IMG/VR virus record: IMGVR_UViG_3300045125_000168
Location: 1 to 64,000 of that record
Reading direction: 5' to 3' (one strand)
Length of the DNA: 64,000 nt
A program made the translations under genes and the position numbers. Below, piece after piece: positions 1 to 13,809 of this stretch (its first letter is position 1; each line of letters starts with the position of its first letter). The notes under the pieces are model-generated. The model was not told where the DNA came from and made no database searches. It was given only the letters and a program-made list of their open reading frames with translations.

Positions 1-2337
1 TTACAATCGAGCGAAAGCCGACGATGAGCGGCGTTGGCGTTGCGGGACCTCAAAGACGCTTCCTGGAGATCTTGTCTCGGGTGCAAGACCCAGCCATTTG
101 TAAGGAAATACTGGTCGCAGCAAAAGTGTTCTCGCTGTAGACAGCCTAGGTGGAGTTAGCGATAGAGGCCCCTCTTGATCCCAGAAAATGACACTTGCGA
201 ACAGAGATCTTTTCGACATTCGAGGCGGAAAGATCGTAATCATCAGTGTGGTATCCACTGCGGAAATCGTCAAGGTGCAATTTTCAAGCGAAGCTCCCAC
301 CGTGCTTTGCGAGAGGACGAGAGGCGCGTTTGAACCATTGATTTTCAAGTTTTCAAGATGAGCGTAGCTCGCAAGGTTGAAGAGCGTGATACCGGAATTG
401 CCTTGGACCACCACTTCGTCATTACCGTTAGACACACCACGAATCGATTTTCCCTCGGGAACCGAGACGACCGTGGAAAGCGTGTACGTTCCGGGGTAGG
501 ACTTCGATCTCGCTGACATTCGGATCAGCCAGGGCTTGGATGAAAGGGATGTGATCGTTTCCTCGGTAGTCCGCATAACTTTCCGTGAGACCGACCGTGC
601 GTTTTTTACCAAGAAAAGGCTGATTCACCTCTTGGGGCAAATTTTCCAAGATGCGGGTATTAAAACCACTGTTTAAAATGTCGCTGGTGGTCCCGAAGTG
701 ATTGCCTGTGATCTGGGTGTTGACCGCACCAGACTGGACTTTCAATTTGGCGTTGATGAAATGACAATGGTTGACAAAGGAATAACTTGCTGTAGACGCC
801 ACTCTCGACACCGTAGTTACTACCTTCTGCAAGAGAATCTTGCACTCCTCAACACGGCAGTTGTCCCACGGATGACGATGCCTTTTTCCAAATAGCCTTT
901 GAATAGACAACGCCTTATTACCGTGTTCGCCGCAGACTCACCGATGGTAATTCCCACCTGGAGATTGGAGGTCGTTGGTCCTGGCTGGAAGATGCAGTTT
1001 TCAATCACCGAGTTTGGACGCTCAGTTAAAATGCCGCAGGTGCCCAGGTCGTTCAACTCGAAGGTAAAACCTCGCACGACCAACTGGCCCGTCCCAGGAA
1101 GGAGAGCTTGAATCCCTGCTGCGAAAGTTTGGAACGATAAAATAGCCGTTCCAGGCGTAAAGTTTTCAATCAAGATGGCGTTGTTCTGGGTCTGCCAACG
1201 GATGGGCACACCTCCCAGAGTATAAACCCAGGGAGCACTTCGATCGCTTTAACCGCAGCGGTAGCGCCCACCGTGATACTTTGCACGGCATCCTCAAAAG
1301 GACGGAAGTCCACCCCTGAAAGGTCATCAAAGATCCTGGGGACCAACGGTCACATAGGGTTTCCGGACGGTGTTGAGGCGCGGGTCTTGCGTCGTTACAA
1401 AAGGGTTGGTTGTGGACGGAGTGCCCGAAGAGCCAATTAAAGCATTTTTTTGATTTTGAGTTGGTATCCGTCCGCGCTCATCCGTCGTGATGATTTGACC
1501 AGAACCAAGGCTCGTAATTTGGTCCAAAATTTCTTTGTTCGCGTGGGCATGGGATTGACTGATTAAAAGGTTTTTTTCAGTGGCCGTGAGATGCTGATAG
1601 CTCAGACTCTCGTTCATACTACTGGGTGTCAGTTCTGTATGATTTAAAGTTCCCGTGCTGATGAAGGCGATCCAAGCCGAACCGTTCCAACGGTAGATCG
1701 TGCGATCGTTTAAGACGCCTCGCAGTTCCCCCTCGACAGGAGAAATTGTCAGGACCGTGGACCCGGCACTGGTGACTGGTTGAGAGAGTTTGACTGAGGC
1801 GTTGGTCGTATACACTTCCACAATAGTCGTGCCCGCAGGGATGCCCGTGCCCGCAACCGCTTTGCCTGGAGAAAGGGCTGCCACATAAGAAATGCTCGTG
1901 ATGACGTTGCTACCATTGGTCAACGTGCCTGTTAAAGTCATCGGAAGCGGCAGGTCGGCAAAGGTTTGCACCGTGTCCCGAAACTCACCAAGGTCGGCAG
2001 TGGGAATATACGTGTCAAGGTCGTTTTTAAGAACAACAGGGTTCGAGGGTCAGGGGTACTGAGGCGCGCATCAAACAGCTTTTTGCTCAGGCGTCAACAC
2101 CTGGGTTTCGAGCTTGGTGAGTACCGAATCATAGGATTCGCGTGGCAACACTCCCAGCGCGGGATGACCTTGGGAGGACAGAATTTTAGTGTCCAAGATC
2201 TCGACGACATCTTCTGTTTTACTTTTTCATTGAGTGCCATAATTACCCGCGTTTGATATAGGCAGCTTGAACTTTACGATTTGCTTCCGGTGCTCCACCA
2301 AGAAAGCGGAGTTGGCCTGTTGGATAACCTAGCTCAT
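1..2337 (-). CDS. Tail fibre/tailspike with right-handed beta-helix (pectin-lyase-like) region; runs off the window start; split by frameshifts
   Basis: ORF pieces 1327..1971, 820..1209, 428..910 and 1..612 are collinear. They show beta-helix-type runs (VIENCIFQ, TVIRRCLFKG, LENLKINGS, LENCTLTI) after a fibre-like Thr/Ser-rich region (TLTGTLTNGSNVIT, IYRWNGSAW). ATG at 2337 follows GAGG. Confidence 0.7.
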
Positions 2338-2355
2338 CGTGTAAAACCTCAAAAT

Positions 2356-5300
2356 CTACCCCACGTCTCGACAGAGGCCGTTTAAGAATAACAAGATCGA
2401 ATCATCAGATGTGGGCAGATCTGAGTTCAGGATAAAAGGAATCGTAAAGAGGTCTGTCTCGCCATCCGTCACTCCGAGACTTGACTGTCGCCAACGGTCC
2501 AGAGTGCGCTCGTTATAGTGCGCCCACACGGATTGGCCAGAGGCTGGTGCTAAATCCCCCAAGTAGGTGATCGAATCATTTCCCACATCCACAAGGTAAT
2601 CTTGACCCTGAAGCTGGAACAAACCTTCGAGGAATAAGTTAAGAGAGAGGCGGTCGTCCGCAGGACCGATGGGGTAATGAAAACTGTTTGTTGACCCCAT
2701 CCACCACTCCATCTAGTGCTTCAACTCGCTCGTAAAGCAAGTTGTCGCTCGGATTGATGCCCGGAAGACCCCGATTCCTTGCGAGGTCATCACAATCGGT
2801 GAACCGTTGGGGGTCAGGGAGATCTGGAAGCTATTGCGTGTGGGATTGACCACATAATACGCTTGTTCCGCTTGCAATCCTTCAGGGAGAGTGCCGCTTG
2901 AGGCCCAAAACGAGATGATCTGCCCTGAGTAAAGGGCATGATCGGCTAGGTTGATCGTGCTCGAAAGAGTATCAACTTCTGAGGTTCAAACCTCAAGGTG
3001 TCGATTGGGATGTACCAAGCCCAAAGTTTTTGCTCCGACGAAGGGGCGGCATCAAGTGTGAGGCGACTGCCACCACTCGACGTGACTTGATAGTCAAAGG
3101 TCGTCGTTGGTTGAAAAATCCCATCGATGAAAAGCATGATAGAGTTTTTGCCCGCGACCGAAGACAAGGTAAGCTCAAAGACTCTGTTGACCCCATCACA
3201 AACCCCTAGAGGCTCTTCCTGATAGGGCAACGTCGTGGTGGTGACGACCAGACGGAAATAGCGATCTTCTTCATTATAATCGTGCAAAAATCCGTGTTCT
3301 GTAATTTGGGAAAAAGAGACCCTGAGTGAAGACACCCTTGGGGTAGTTACACGGCTCATTGGCTATCATCGAGTCCAAAGGATGGTAGTCGATCGGAAAT
3401 GCTTCGCCATAGTAGTAGGGCTCTTGACGCAGAGTCGGTCGATAGTCGAACTGAAACTCGTTGCCACTATAAATTTGTAAAGCCTTGTACTAAGACCGTC
3501 TAACGTGAGGACCGTGCCCTCGTTGGCGTAAAGCGCCTCTTGCGAGGCAAAGCTCAGGTCTCGGACGGGTACCGCCCCACCTTCGATATTTTGCACAGTC
3601 AAGGCACTACTGCCCGACACTAAAGCGTTGTAAGACGGACCGATCTCTTTAGCACTGATGGTAAGATAGGTATCGTAAAGGTTGACGTTGTGGTTAGCAC
3701 CAAGGGTCGGATCTTCCGCCACCACACTACCAAGCCTTGCAAAGTCAAAGGCCGAGTCTACGTCCGTGGGAAAAGCGCCTACGGAATAGACATGCAGATA
3801 GGTCTCTTCGTGGCTTGGGATTGTTAGGATAGAACCCGTAAAGTCTTCGGATAGCTGAAAGCTCGTACTGGTGATGTTGCGCACAAAATAGATTTTCGCC
3901 ACGTCAAAGCCATCTGGCAGATTGGTGCCACTAACCTTGACCCTTTGAAGCTCATAGAGGTCATGACTTGGTGCAAATATGGACGAGGTAGAGGCGTCCA
4001 CTTCAAACACCACGAGATTGAAGTAGGCACTCACCGGACCCTATCGAGACTAAAGACCCACCGGATGGCGCACTGTAGAGTTGAAATTGCTTCCCACCCG
4101 TCGAGGGTGAGTCTTCTAAATTTCTAATGTAATAGGTCAGGTCTTCAGAGAGACCTGAGGGCACATCTCCATTCTGAAAGGGCATGACCTTGACAGGCAT
4201 CGTTTCATAAAAATTCTGGTCGTCACCTGTAAAGGTGATGAGCATTTCCATCAACCAACAGAGGATCGATGGTGATGACATTCAGACCAGACATGGCACT
4301 GATCGACTGAAACGAAGACGGTGACGTGTCCCCCGTGATGTCGGTGATATCAATCCCTAAGCCCGTGAAGCTCAAAGGTTTGATCGAGGCTTGAGAGGGC
4401 AATCGTGTCTTCTTCGCTATAAGTGATGCGGGGCGAGATACCTGCCAGAGTGGTGTCAGTTTTAGAGGTATAGATATACACCGTGCCTTGATGAACAAAA
4501 CTACCTTCGGAGGGGAACCCGCGAGTATGCTCGACAAAAACAATCGTGGACGAAATGCCCATGTCCGTCGTCTTGGTGCGGGCAAAACCGCCCAGCGTCT
4601 TGGCTTGGATGAGGATACGGCCATTTTGAATGTGCTCGGCATGGTAGACCCGAGACAGGATTGAATGGTTATTGATGCAAGAAGCTAGAGCGATCCCATC
4701 GTCTTCAAGGCTGACATTGACTTTAAAAAAGTTTTCATTGGGAGATGTCAGTTGAAACGAGCCGAGCCCCCGTGGTCAAGATGTCCACAGGCGGGCCGTT
4801 AAAAATTGGTGATAGTTTTAAAGTGTCCGTGGTGGGATCGACGACATAATAGGTCACACCGGGATTGAAGCCGACAGGCAAATTTGAAAGCCCTGAGCCG
4901 ACATCAAGCAACACCTCTCGTCCACTTGCCAAACCATGGTTGGGGATAGTGATGCGATCGGTTGTGGGCGACACCACGGAGGCATCAAAGATAAAAGAGT
5001 CCACGGGATTTGCCACGGCTTTGAGCGTGACGCCCAGTTCCTCAAAGTCCAACGTGGAGTTCGTGTCCACTCGGCCTGTCACGATAATTTGACCGGACGC
5101 TGGTGCAACTCCCAAAAAATGAGTGTTGGCTATTTCCAACGTCGTGCCTACTGGCAGTCGGTCTAAGGCTTTCCCGATCGTAGCCGTGGCAAATCGACCC
5201 CGTTGATCGCTGCGGCTGAACGCAAAACCCTGATCCCACGCGCTTGGAAGCTCCTGAGTGTAGGGGCTCTTCAAGGGATAGACGGCCCAGAGTTTCTGGT

Positions 5301-7697
5301 CGGGCTTCGGTGGCGATGTGAACCGCACCATCGTATTTTCTTTGGATACCGTATACTGACGGTTATTGCCTTGAGTTGCGAGCAGACCATTGATGGCAAG
5401 ATAGACCGACTTTTCGTTGGCCACGGGGTATGGGAGGGCAAACTCATTGCGAATCCCATCGGGTGGGGGCTCAGTGGTCCTTGACCCCAGAAAGGCCACA
5501 CCTCATCGTACTGCACTTCGATCAAACTGCCGACCGGAGGCGCTTCCGTGAACTCTAAGAAAGAGCCCGCTTCTGCGGCAAATAGAGCACCAATCAAGCG
5601 GTAACCATTATCGGGTAAGGCATCCGAGAACTGAATATAGGTTCCACCAGGATTGATCTTGCGATGCGACACGAGAAGGTTCGCAACTGGAACTTCTAGT
5701 GAGGTGTGCCAAAGTTGATATAAGAGTGCGACCTTATCGGTGTAAGGCCCATGGGCAAAGTTCAATTTGTAGCGGTTAGTGTCTTGCGCCAGTTCGATGG
5801 TCCCACGTTCCATCGCAAGCTCGTCCGACTCAATAATCCACCAGTAGAGCTTGGTGTTTTCCTGGGTGATCTCATCGGAAAATTCAATCACCGCACCATC
5901 CGTCGTATGGGTGCGCACCATAGTATTCATTTGCCAAGCAGCACTGACCCCTTCTTCAGGGAGTGGGTCTACGGCAAGTTGAACGATGAGTTGGTAATCG
6001 GCCCCAATCGCAGGTCTGGGAAACTCAAGATAATAGCTCGTGATGCCAAGAGGCAGATCGATAATCCCATACTGGTTCAAACCGGGATAATCTTCGGCGG
6101 GCAACGCAGGAGCAACATAGTTGACTGCGATTTCTTGCAGAAGATCCGTCGTACCCTCACTACTACCATAGGGTGGTTCCGCTAAGATCACCCCGATGTT
6201 AGTTGTCGATTGCTGCCCCACCGTCAGCAAGAACTGGAGGTCGGCATCACCTTTAACTTCAAGAGTTGTAAAGGCAGGTCCGATAAAGTCTCGCGGTTCC
6301 CCCGTCTCGATAAGCAGATACTGCGCAGTGGTTTCGGTCGGTGGACCAACCAGCATGAGGAGAGGGACCTGGAGTTTCGCCACCACCAAAGGCTTCGGCC
6401 CCCGCAGACCCTGCCTTAAAGCCAACGGCACCAGATCGATTACCTGATCCTAAGCTGATGCGAAAATCAATATTGAGGTATTGCAGAATACCGTCGATCC
6501 AAACCTTTACAGAACGACTGCTCCTGGGAACGCCTCTCAACCGATAGAAACGATTTTTGCCGTCGATTTCACCAGGAAGGGGACTTTCATACATCCAATG
6601 GTGGACTTTATCAGACTCACCGTATTGCTGCTCCATACGGCCTGTGAGCGAGTAGCCCGTCCAGTTTGTGATTTGGAGCGGGTCTGCGTCAGGCGATGAT
6701 AACCCTGGAGCTAGGATCAGGCCATCGAACGGATACGAGGCTTGGCAAAAGTCCAGAAAGTGATCGCTCTCGACAGTGGCTGACAATCTAAAAAGTCTTA
6801 AAAAGCAGTCGAAGGTTCCGGTGCTTTCAAAAATGGTGTTGGCGAAAGGCGAATCGAAATCAAAGGAGTGTCGCCTGAGCTTACCACCTTGCTCGAAGAA
6901 AACCTCGCCCTCTGTCAGTGCTGTAAGCGCATAGAACTGAGGGAGGTTTGCGAGAAGAAGGGTAAAGAGCTTTCCAGCGTTCTACTTCTCGGTTGGGAAC
7001 CCAAACGTGAGCTTCATGACCTGAAAAGGTTTCTTCTGAGCGATACATCGGCCCATCGAGGCGGGAGATGTTGCGCATTTTATGTAAGACGGGGTTTGAT
7101 GCACAGAATGCGGCTAAAACTTCTCTCGCAGCCCCGTTCGTCCCTGGTCTGTGCAAAAGGTTTTTGACCAAAAGTTTATGGGAAAGAACCCCAAGAAATT
7201 CTAAGTCCGAAGGAATCAATTTACTCATACCTGCGAGAACAGGGAGAGCTAACCGATAAGAAAACTCTTCGGTGATACTTGCGTCTAAAAGACTGAGTGG
7301 TTGTCTTGAGTATTCGGTAATCTCTTTGGCATACGTTCGCAAAAGAGTTCCGTAATGGGTCACCGAGACAAAAAAGCTGCGCTCTTGATAGGCAGACTTT
7401 ACCGTAATGGTCGAAGGGCCGTAAGGAAGATGGACCGTCATCAGTTGTGTATCTGATGACGGAGAAAAAATACATTCTTGGCGTTGGTGCGGTTTCATAC
7501 TCTCCCTGAATATCCATAATATAGGCTGTTTCAGGGATTAAATTTTTCAGGCGGAAAGTTTGTGGAGTATTTCTCGTATGAGATGGAACCACCTGCCCTC
7601 GTTTGAGATTTGAATCCCCTTGTGGTAAGCCTGACAAAAGCACATCGTAGGATGTGCTATCGTCCCCAAGGAGATATTCAAATTCAATAGGCAGCAT
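2356..7697 (-). CDS. Very large modular baseplate-wedge/tail-fibre-attachment protein, probably one gene broken by many indels
   Basis: Consecutive overlapping ORFs (7221..7697, 6881..7498, 6259..6786, 5271..6431, 4735..5499, 4223..4642, 3366..4034, 2946..3359, 2356..2712) carry two recurring phage structural modules: G-x-x-DG-x-N-x-x-F...V-x-[IL]-[DN]G-[IL]-x-Q and HGL...LP-x-G...YYV. The start abuts the Baseplate J stop. Confidence 0.6.
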
Positions 7698-9074
7698 TAG
7701 AATCGCACCGTAATCGTCGATGCCACGGAGTCAAACCGTGGCACTTGGTTTTTAAAAGGAACTATCACTTCAACACTGTCAACAGACCCAATTTTTCGCC
7801 GGAACTCGTAAATTTTCACGTTCTCGATCTCTGGGATCAAGACTCTTAGTTGTTCCCGAATGGTATCGGGGACAAGCAGAGACGGAATCGCAGAGATTTG
7901 TGGATCAATATAATCTGTCAAATAATTTTGAATGTACTGTTTGATAGTATCACTATCGCCTGAGTTGATCCTAACTTCAAGACCAACAATAATTGGTAGA
8001 TCGATAAAACTCCGCACCAGGATATCGGTTTGGAACACTGAATCTTCACTGGAATAAAGAAGCTGCAACCGATCTAAGAGATCATTCCTCGTCCCTGTGA
8101 TCTCGACGAGATCATTGGGCTGAAGAGCTTCGGAGAGTTGGATCGAAGGATTGGCCCTTGTGGAATATTGATACTCTGCGCTGAGATCGGGGCTAAATTG
8201 CCAAGCCTCTGCGTCCAAGACCTGTCCGTTCACAGAAACACTGACAATCGACGTGGCTGTTCTATTTTCGCTCAAAGGGACCACGGTCTCGGCACTGATT
8301 GCAAGATAGTCTTCCGTAAATTGCTGCGGCAAAACTCCGTCCACATATACATCGAGGCTGGGACCTGAGGTTAGCCGACGAAACTCCGTGCGGTCGGTAG
8401 GACGCACCACACGAATATCTCGAATCAGAGTGCTGTAGGCTTGCTTGCCGAGGCTTGCTAGACCGTTGATGGAGTTGCGGTCAAGGCCCTTAAACTTTAA
8501 TTGCACCCGTTGCGCGAGAGTCAAGGCATCTTCGGGTTCCGTCCCCCCGTTAGCTGCGGATGTTTGAACGACTCCTTCAAAGCCAGAGATCGGAGTCATC
8601 ATTTTAGTGATTCGACCCACGGGGACGTTGTAGCGTTGCCCTGGGGCCACGGCTTCCACGACAACCGGAAGTTCATAGCGGTTGGTCGCAGCATTGAAGT
8701 TCGACGAGGCGAACGCACCATAAAGGGTCGCCGTTTGTATGGCTCGAAAGACGAGGCTGTTATCGGCTGTTGCTACCAAAGCCCCAACAGGCACCGTACT
8801 GTCCTGGCCAGTTCCAGGAAGTGAAGTCCTGTAAAAGACGACGGTGGCTCGTGCGACTCCACCAGGATCTGGACCTGTACCAAAGTTATTGGCGAAGTCA
8901 CGAGCTTCTTCTGGTGTTGCGACATCTGCAAAGTTTGTCGAGTAAAAACGCTTGAGGCGCTCCACCTGATTTTCGATCGACACCAGTTCCAAAGGAACAG
9001 GGGAAATCAGATAATCGTAAAGCGGTCCCACTTCAAGATCGAGAGTGGGATCGAGGGCGCAAAGTAGCCTTCAT
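7697..9074 (-). CDS. Baseplate J-like (wedge) protein
   Basis: PGQRYNVPVGRITKMMTPISGFEGVVQTSAANGGTEPED is a canonical Baseplate_J segment; 444-aa ORF; context of tail genes. Confidence 0.88.
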
Positions 9075-9091
9075 AGCATCGCGGATTTGAG

Positions 9092-9583
9092 TCAAGGACC
9101 GAGCCATAAAAAACTATCCTTTGCTAATTTTGATAGGTGGCGGTGGCAGCACTTGCCGCAAGGACGTGGGTTTAAAGTCAAGCCCGATCGCCTTCGACAC
9201 CGTGGTATCCCCCACCGTGGCCACCGAGATAAAAGCCCCGCTTGGGTTTCACGGTCCACAAACACTTGGGTTCCGTCAAAACTTTTGATTTTCTCTGAAT
9301 TGGAAAGAGCAGGGTCTCGGCCCTGTTTTGCCAAAAGCCTTTTGTTCGCCTGCTGGACTCGCAAGAAAAGAGCGGCTCGGAGTTTGGAAATATCGATGTT
9401 AAGAAAATTCTCTAGCTGGATCTCCGAGCCCCAATCTCTCTCAGCATCATAGCGCGTGAGATACAGGTCGGCTAACTCCTGATCGACCTTGGAAGGGCCT
9501 GTCACAAACTCGGGCCGACCTGTCTCGCGGTCGATATAAAGATCACCATCGGCTTTTTTGAGGGTTCGGGACATATTTTTCAA
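9092..9583 (-). CDS. gp25-like baseplate wedge/sheath-initiator protein
   Basis: DGDLYIDRETGRPEFVTG...VDQEL N-terminus; usual position immediately upstream of Baseplate J. Confidence 0.55.
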   Translation of the reverse strand: MKNMSRTLKKADGDLYIDRETGRPEFVTGPSKVDQELADLYLTRYDAERDWGSEIQLENFLNIDISKLRAALFLRVQQANKRLLAKQGRDPALSNSEKIKSFDGTQVFVDRETQAGLLSRWPRWGIPRCRRRSGLTLNPRPCGKCCHRHLSKLAKDSFLWLGP

Positions 9584-9775
9584 CCTCTTCCACTGCGGAC
9601 GCCAACTCGCGATTATCTTCTTTTGCTAGAATCTCGTGACATACGGATAGTAGGTGATTCACCGCCTTTTTTCTGACTCCTGTACTCTCTGCAAATTGGA
9701 GCTTTCCAAATCGAGATCAATTTTGAAGTAGCGCCAAGGAAAATCCTGCACGTCTACCTCATTAAACGTATTCCT

Positions 9776-10012
9776 CTAGGGAAATCTCGTTTTCAGAAAG
9801 AATTTGATAGAATTTTTTTCGAGCATCTCGATGATTTCTTCATGCTCAAGGTCGTGGTTGTTCATGGCCTCTTGCAGGGCAGGATCACTGTAGCCGTGCT
9901 TTCGAGCGGGACGAAAAATCTCTTGAGCGATCTCGTGTAACGCACAGTAAGCCCGGTCTGCCTTGAGAAGGCGAAGGAGGGCTCGTTCCTCATATTGATC
10001 GGTAATATTCAT
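9776..10012 (-). CDS. Hypothetical phage protein
   Basis: 78-aa ORF with ATG; co-oriented in the operon. Confidence 0.45.
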   Translation of the reverse strand: MNITDQYEERALLRLLKADRAYCALHEIAQEIFRPARKHGYSDPALQEAMNNHDLEHEEIIEMLEKNSIKFFLKTRFP

Positions 10013-10049
10013 GGTAATCTGAACTTTTTCGACATCTTGATATCTCCGC

Positions 10050-10587
10050 TTAGTACGCTGTCAGGGGCTCATTCCAACTCTGAATTTGCTTTTGCTGCTC
10101 CAGGGTTACCCCGCCTTTAATTAAAAGGTCTCGCAAGAGAGACGCAGCAATCACACGATGCTCGTGACGGTTGCTTATTGCCATAATCTCGCCCATGGGT
10201 CTTTGCACATCGGCAAAGAACTGACCCGCTTCGGCAACACCCTCAAAGCCTTTGATGAGGAACCGTTCTCGAAAACGATTGAACTGGTCGAGGATAGGAC
10301 CTAGCTCAGCCTTGGCAATTTGCGCTTCTACTAAGTTCATTTTCCATCGCGTTATCGAGGAGAGCATCACGATCAGAGTCCGCAACAGCAAACTCCGAGG
10401 CTTGATTGAGCCAATCGAGTGCCTCTTTGTTACGAGCCCGTCCTTGAATAATCAGATAGGCTTCAAAGTCCTCGCTGATCGTGACCTTCTTACCTTTTTC
10501 TGCGTTATAATACTTAGGTCTTTGACTTGCGCTGAGACGTTTGGTTGCAATAAGTTTGGCTTGGTTTTCATCTAATGTGATGGCCAT
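10050..10587 (-). CDS. Putative virion structural protein (one frameshift)
   Basis: 10306..10587 and 10050..10391 overlap and join at ENEL/VEAQ; GAGGA SD before the ATG. Confidence 0.5.
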
Positions 10588-10596
10588 GTCGATCCT

Positions 10597-13497
10597 CTAA
10601 GCTATGTTAGAAACACCAGCCGCCAACGCGGTTGCTCTCTTGCCCGACTGATATTGAATGGCACTTTCCTTAATCGGAAGACCAAAGCCCATACGTTCTG
10701 CAAGAGATGTCATCTTGGCTTGCAGTTGGGCCATACTTGGTCTGGAACAAATGCTTGCAAACTGCGAAAGACCCGTGAAGTTATCCCTAGCACTGCGCAA
10801 ATTGAGAGACATATTCAGCCAATCGGAGTTCGCTTGCCTTAATACCAATCCACGCAAACTGAAAAGGCCGTTGAGAAGTTGCAAGAGTTCCAAGATCGGT
10901 GCAGGAAGTTTCACATCTTTCACCGAACACGAAACCACGCCATAGGTAAGATCTGAAAGAGCCTCTAAAGCGTCGTCGAGCGGATTCAATAGGTCATTGA
11001 GCCATTTGATGGGAATACAAAAAATATTTAAAATAAAGTCGCGGATAAGGTCCAAAAATTGCCGAATCGGTAAGCCTATGGTGTTAAATAGTCCTTGAAG
11101 ATAAGGCAGAAGCAAAGACAAAAGGTCAATTTTAAGAGTTAGGTCTACAGCGAACACACATTTGATGAGGCTGTTCTCGTATCCCCCTGACCGCTCAAGT
11201 TGATATCGAGAGTCAAAAGACGCTCTAAGATGGCAAGCACCGAGTCGATCGCCAACTGGAACTGCAAGATAAAAGCATCAATCTTGTCCATGACTGTAAT
11301 AAGAACTTGGCGAATCATATCGATGATTCGTTCAAGCCATTTTTCTAGCATTTTTCTTTTGGCCTCAAGCCATTTCGATAAGGCCCCTAACGCTCCACCA
11401 GTCTCGCAGTTATTCAGTTGAAGCTCTAAACTCACGTTGAGCTTGGCAGGAGTGCCCTGTCTTTGCTTAACAGTACGCCTTTTTTCTGCGGAGTAATTCG
11501 TGTTATCGATGCGTGGCAGATACTCATAAGATAGATAACCGCTCCCAGGAGCAGGACTTCCCGAAACCTCAATCGTCATCGTCGCATTGTTAATGATCTT
11601 AGGATAAAACTTGCCGAGTAGTTTACTGTTGGGTGCCTCGTAAATGTTTATGGACGACCCTTCACGAATACCATGGTCTTCGCCTGTAATGGTCACGGTG
11701 TAAACAGGCTCGCTCATACCGGAGTCTGTTTCCTCCGGTGCTTTGGTCATCTCACTTTCATAGCGTTGATCTTGCTTTTTCAAGGTTTGTGTGCCGAGGT
11801 CTTGATTCACGATATCTTCGGCACTGTTGGTGGTGGACGTTAGGGTTTGTCCCGTTCGAGAGTCCACGATATCTGTGGAACTAGCGACACCACCCGTTCC
11901 GGTGCTTTCGACAGAACCGCAACCTCCGAAGTTTTTGCTCCAGTTGGTGAGGCGGGCAAGCAACATTGCAGCGGTCTCTTGAGACGGTCGCCCTTGTCTG
12001 CGGCCTTTGGACCCAGGCTGTTCTCCCGCACTTTTAGCCTCTGAGCGGTTCTCAAACTCTTCGGCTTGCTTGGCCGCAGTTTGACCGGAAGCACTGGCAC
12101 CTATGGAAGTATTAATAAGCTCTTTTTCTCTGGGGTCATCGCTGGTCGTGACGACATTGATAAGATCTCCTGCCGCACCACTCGCCTTAGTATTCGCACC
12201 TAACGCAGCTAGAATTTCCTCAGGGGTCAGGTTCGCATCATCCATGCAGCGAGGCGTCAGTTCATTCAGGGCTTCCTTTTTACCTGTCAACTCTTGGAGC
12301 AAGACTTCGAGAGCCCCCGCACGATCGGGAAGCTCTTTGATAAAGACCTTCCATAAGCTCAAACCAAGATCAAAAAGGCGACACTCAAAGTCTTTTAAAA
12401 ACTTTTCTTCTTCTGGTATGGCGAGCATGTAAGTGTTAATCACCGCAGACCCAGGAGGTACCGAAACTGCCGTGCTGACAAGTTCCGTGATCTCGTCGAG
12501 CTTTTGCGGCAACTCGAAATCCAGAACGTCAGGTCTGTTTTCAAAAAGTTCTTTTAAGTCCTCTGGCTGTAAGTTCTGCATCAAAAGACTATAAAACGAG
12601 GGGTCAAGGACGGAAGAGGTGATGCTGCGCAGCAGGCGATACTCTAGGTATTCTTTAATAGTCAGTTCAATCCAGTTTGACTCGCTTCTCCACGCAGGTT
12701 TTCTTAGAGCATCGTCTTTTGGCAAAATTAAAAGTTTAGAAAGAGTCGATAGATAATTTAAAACGACTTTAAATTTCGCTTTGAGGTCTACGTTAGCGTT
12801 GGGAGATTGACCTGCAAAGATGTTAGTGATCTGGGTTGCGGTAAAGCCGTAGGCGTCGAGTTTGCGCCTGTTGGCTGTACTTGCTAAAATTGTCTCGTTC
12901 CAAAATACACCGCTTTGAAACAGTGAAGGCTGATAGCCACTGATCTGATAAATTTGGTCAAAGCTGCGATCGATATAAGGCGAGTCGTTTTTTTTAGCGG
13001 TGTTGTTTTGTAGAAACATAACATTGCCAGAGGTCGAAGACAGGTGAGCTTCGGCAAGGTCCACAAAGTTCTGAAAACTATTCCCACCCAACTTCCATAA
13101 GCGACGAAAAGGCTCAACACGTCGGCCTTTGAGTATCTTAAAAAGTTTTCCGTTCAGACAAAGGGATGCCAAAAGCGCCGAGCTTCTGCTCATCGATCCG
13201 ACGACTTTCTTTAGTGGTCGGGTCGCGGTCAGGGCTAGTGATTTTCAAAAACTCTTCAATTTTTGCCATGGACCCAAAGTTGGGAACCGGACTTCCTTCT
13301 AACAACTGCCGTCGAAAAACTAACTGCTCTTCTAAGGCCGCTTTGACGCCTGGAAGCTGCGTGGCCGTAAGAAACGCGAGGCGATCAAAGTACGGCTTAA
13401 TTTGTGCGTCGAAGTCGTCTTCAAAGGCAATCAGTGAATTGATAAAGTCATCAGGAAGTTCACACTGAATGTAGCGTAAGCGATTGGGTGTGACCAT
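10597..13497 (-). CDS. Large putative tail/baseplate protein (~960 aa across two frameshifts)
   Basis: ORFs 13138..13497, 11145..13193 and 10597..11157 overlap end to end within the baseplate module. Confidence 0.55.
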
Positions 13498-13555
13498 CTG
13501 AGCCCTCAGAATATAAACGCCTTTTGGTTTTTACATAATTTTATAAGTATCTGAT

Positions 13556-13798
13556 TTATATAATAATTCCAGGAGCGACCGTAGCCTGAGCGGCAGGCGA
13601 GCCTGCGGTCGGTATTCCAGCAGCCACCTGTGCAAAAGAAACAATATGCGGCACAATCGCCTTGGCGAGTCCATTACAGAACGCTTGCAGATTTGGCAGA
13701 GATGCAGGATCGGGCGGATGGCCTGTAGCGGCTAGTTCCGCTTGGACCAGACTAAACATTTGTGCTGCCAAGACTGTCTCTGAACCCATCAGTGGCAT
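13556..13798 (-). CDS. Small spike-tip (PAAR-like) protein candidate
   Basis: 80 aa ending GIPTAGSPAAQATV; lies two genes downstream of the spike gene. Confidence 0.5.
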   Translation of the reverse strand: MPLMGSETVLAAQMFSLVQAELAATGHPPDPASLPNLQAFCNGLAKAIVPHIVSFAQVAAGIPTAGSPAAQATVAPGIII

Positions 13799-13809
13799 AT
13801 TCGTTTCTC

